A DNA stretch of 63,218 bases, the filler included, from Lenisia limosa (taxonomy: Eukaryota; Protista; Breviatea), in the NCBI GenBank assembly GCA_001655205.1. It is 13 parts of 13 records of this genome, joined end to end, with 100 filler letters (N's around TTAATTAATTAA, not from the genome) between each part and the next. Parts side by side here need not be neighbours in the genome. Positions count along the whole stretch, not along the records: positions 61,827 to 63,218 come from LPNZ01005086.1; 12 more parts are not named here. The stretch is one strand, 5' to 3'. A model generated the notes under the pieces. The model worked only from the letters and a program-made list of their open reading frames with translations. It searched no databases and was not told the origin of the DNA. Positions 61,950 through 63,218 of the stretch are shown one piece after another; positions within the stretch are counted from its first letter, which is position 1; each line of letters starts with the position of its first letter. The position numbers and the translations under genes are program-made.

Positions 61950-62510
61950 TTTGTAGAATACGCACCCCACAATCCCGCTCCTCTACCGCGACGTTGTGAG
62001 TTGGTCGGCTTCAACCGAAGCAGTCCACATTGAACTTGTTGACCTTTCTCCTTCGGCTATACTGGCCACTCGCAGCTCCTTATCGTTTTCTACTCCCCTG
62101 GTGGGAGGGGGGGGGGGGGGNNNNNNNNNNNNNNNNNNNNNNNNNNNNNNNNNNNNNNNNNNNNNNNNNNNNNNNNNNNNNNNNNNNNNNNNNNNNNNNN
62201 NNNNNNNNNNNNNNNNATAAATATGGATATTTTCACGGTCTTTTTTTGGATTGTAAGGAAGCCCAACATATGATTATTTTCGATTCATTTCACCCCATTT
62301 CTCAGGTCACCACCCCCCTTAGACTGGCGTTTGTTTTGTTGTTCTTAACCCTCGTGTGTTGACAGCCGAGTTTTTTGGGTTTTTTTGTTTCAAATTTTTT
62401 CGAATTTCACCCCTTAGGCTGCAGTGGTTGAAAAGGCCATTCGCGCCAACATCGACGTTATATGTGGGGAGGCTGGTTTTGGAGATTGTTTTGAGGCAGG
62501 GATCCAGACG
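61950..62510 (+). CDS. Unidentified exon fragments
   Basis: GT/AG-bounded segments, e.g. AAVVEKAIRANIDVICGEAGFGDCFEAGIQTD. Confidence 0.35.
62345..62417 (+). repeat. Family-3 repeat occupying most of an 89-nt intron (62329-62417)
   Basis: TTAACCCTCGTGTGTTGACAGCCGAGTTTTTTGGGTTTTTTTGTTTCAAATTTTTTCGAATTTCACCCCTTAG. Confidence 0.7.
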
Positions 62511-62786
62511 GACAGTACAAACAGTAAATGACACTTTGTTCTTCATATACAGTCAAATGGTTATATTTTGGGAGAAGTTTATTTTTGGTTTCAGAGTGTG
62601 GTACAACCATTTTAAATATTAAAAGCCGCATCATTGAGCTTATCGTTTTATGATTTTCAACTTTAGAATTATTTTTTCATCAATTCACGGTTTAAATTTA
62701 TGAATTTTCTGAAAAGGCACAAAAAAAAACATTTTTTTGGTCACAAATATGTATATTTTTTCAAAACTTCAACACAATATCAACAA

Positions 62787-63218
62787 CTAATACTTTGTTG
62801 GACCTCCTTTGGCTTTAATGACAGCTTCACAACGTCGTGGCATTGAGTTGATAAGCGAACAGAGCTCTTCCGTAGTGATTTTAGCCCATCCATCCCTCAA
62901 GCATGTCATCATTGCAGCTTCTGATGATGGTTTCGCGTTGGCTTCTTCCAATTTCCGGTCAAGAAGCCCCCAGCAGTGCTCAATTGGGTTGAGGGTGATT
63001 GCGAAGGCCATTCCAGAACAGAGTAATCAGTCTTTTCAAAATACGATTTAATAGCCTAAAAAAGTAAGACAGCGAGTTACAAGTACCTTGGCAGTGTGAA
63101 TGGGTGCATTGTCTTGTTGAAATAACGCTTGATCCAAAGGAAGCCCAGTGCAAGAAATCATAGATTTTCGAACCAAAGGAATGAGAATTTTTCTTTTATA
63201 ATCTTCTGCTTTGTACCT
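62787..63218 (-). mobile_element. Tc1-family transposase C-terminus, frameshifted, continues beyond the window
   Basis: FQQDNAPIHTAK, LEWPSQSP(fs)NPIEHCW..L, L...W..I..EEL..LINSMPRRCEAVIKAKGGPTKY*. Confidence 0.88.

Overview
Intron-rich nuclear DNA from an unidentified, probably unicellular eukaryote. The window is not one locus: 13 contigs/scaffolds are joined by an artificial 100-bp spacer (44 N + TTAATTAATTAA + 44 N, 12 copies), so adjacency across spacers is not biological. Most other N gaps start at G/C homopolymers. Genes recognised by hand-splicing GT-AG exons: RPC25/POLR3H, a pseudokinase-ARM protein, a RUN-domain protein, a single-RRM protein, endonuclease V, a STE20-type kinase with an acidic tail, an uncharacterised P-loop kinase-fold protein with ribosomal-protein-like codon bias, a CCHC zinc-knuckle protein, a KA1-domain C-terminus, an SR protein (RRM + 2 zinc knuckles), RPL14, VPS45, alpha-SNAP, SF3A2 and several coiled-coil or unidentified fragments. 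Non-coding DNA holds three dispersed short repeat families: (1) a ~100-bp hAT-type MITE with 8-bp target-site duplications (about 25 full or partial copies); (2) a ~60-95-bp element with a GGC-TTCG-GCC hairpin (9 copies, both orientations); (3) a ~70-90-bp element found only in the sense strand of introns, near the acceptor (about 10 copies). Decayed Penelope-like RT, Tc1 and probable pogo transposase remnants are also present. No rRNA, tRNA or CRISPR array was seen. All alignments, translations and copy counts were done by eye; no searches were run.
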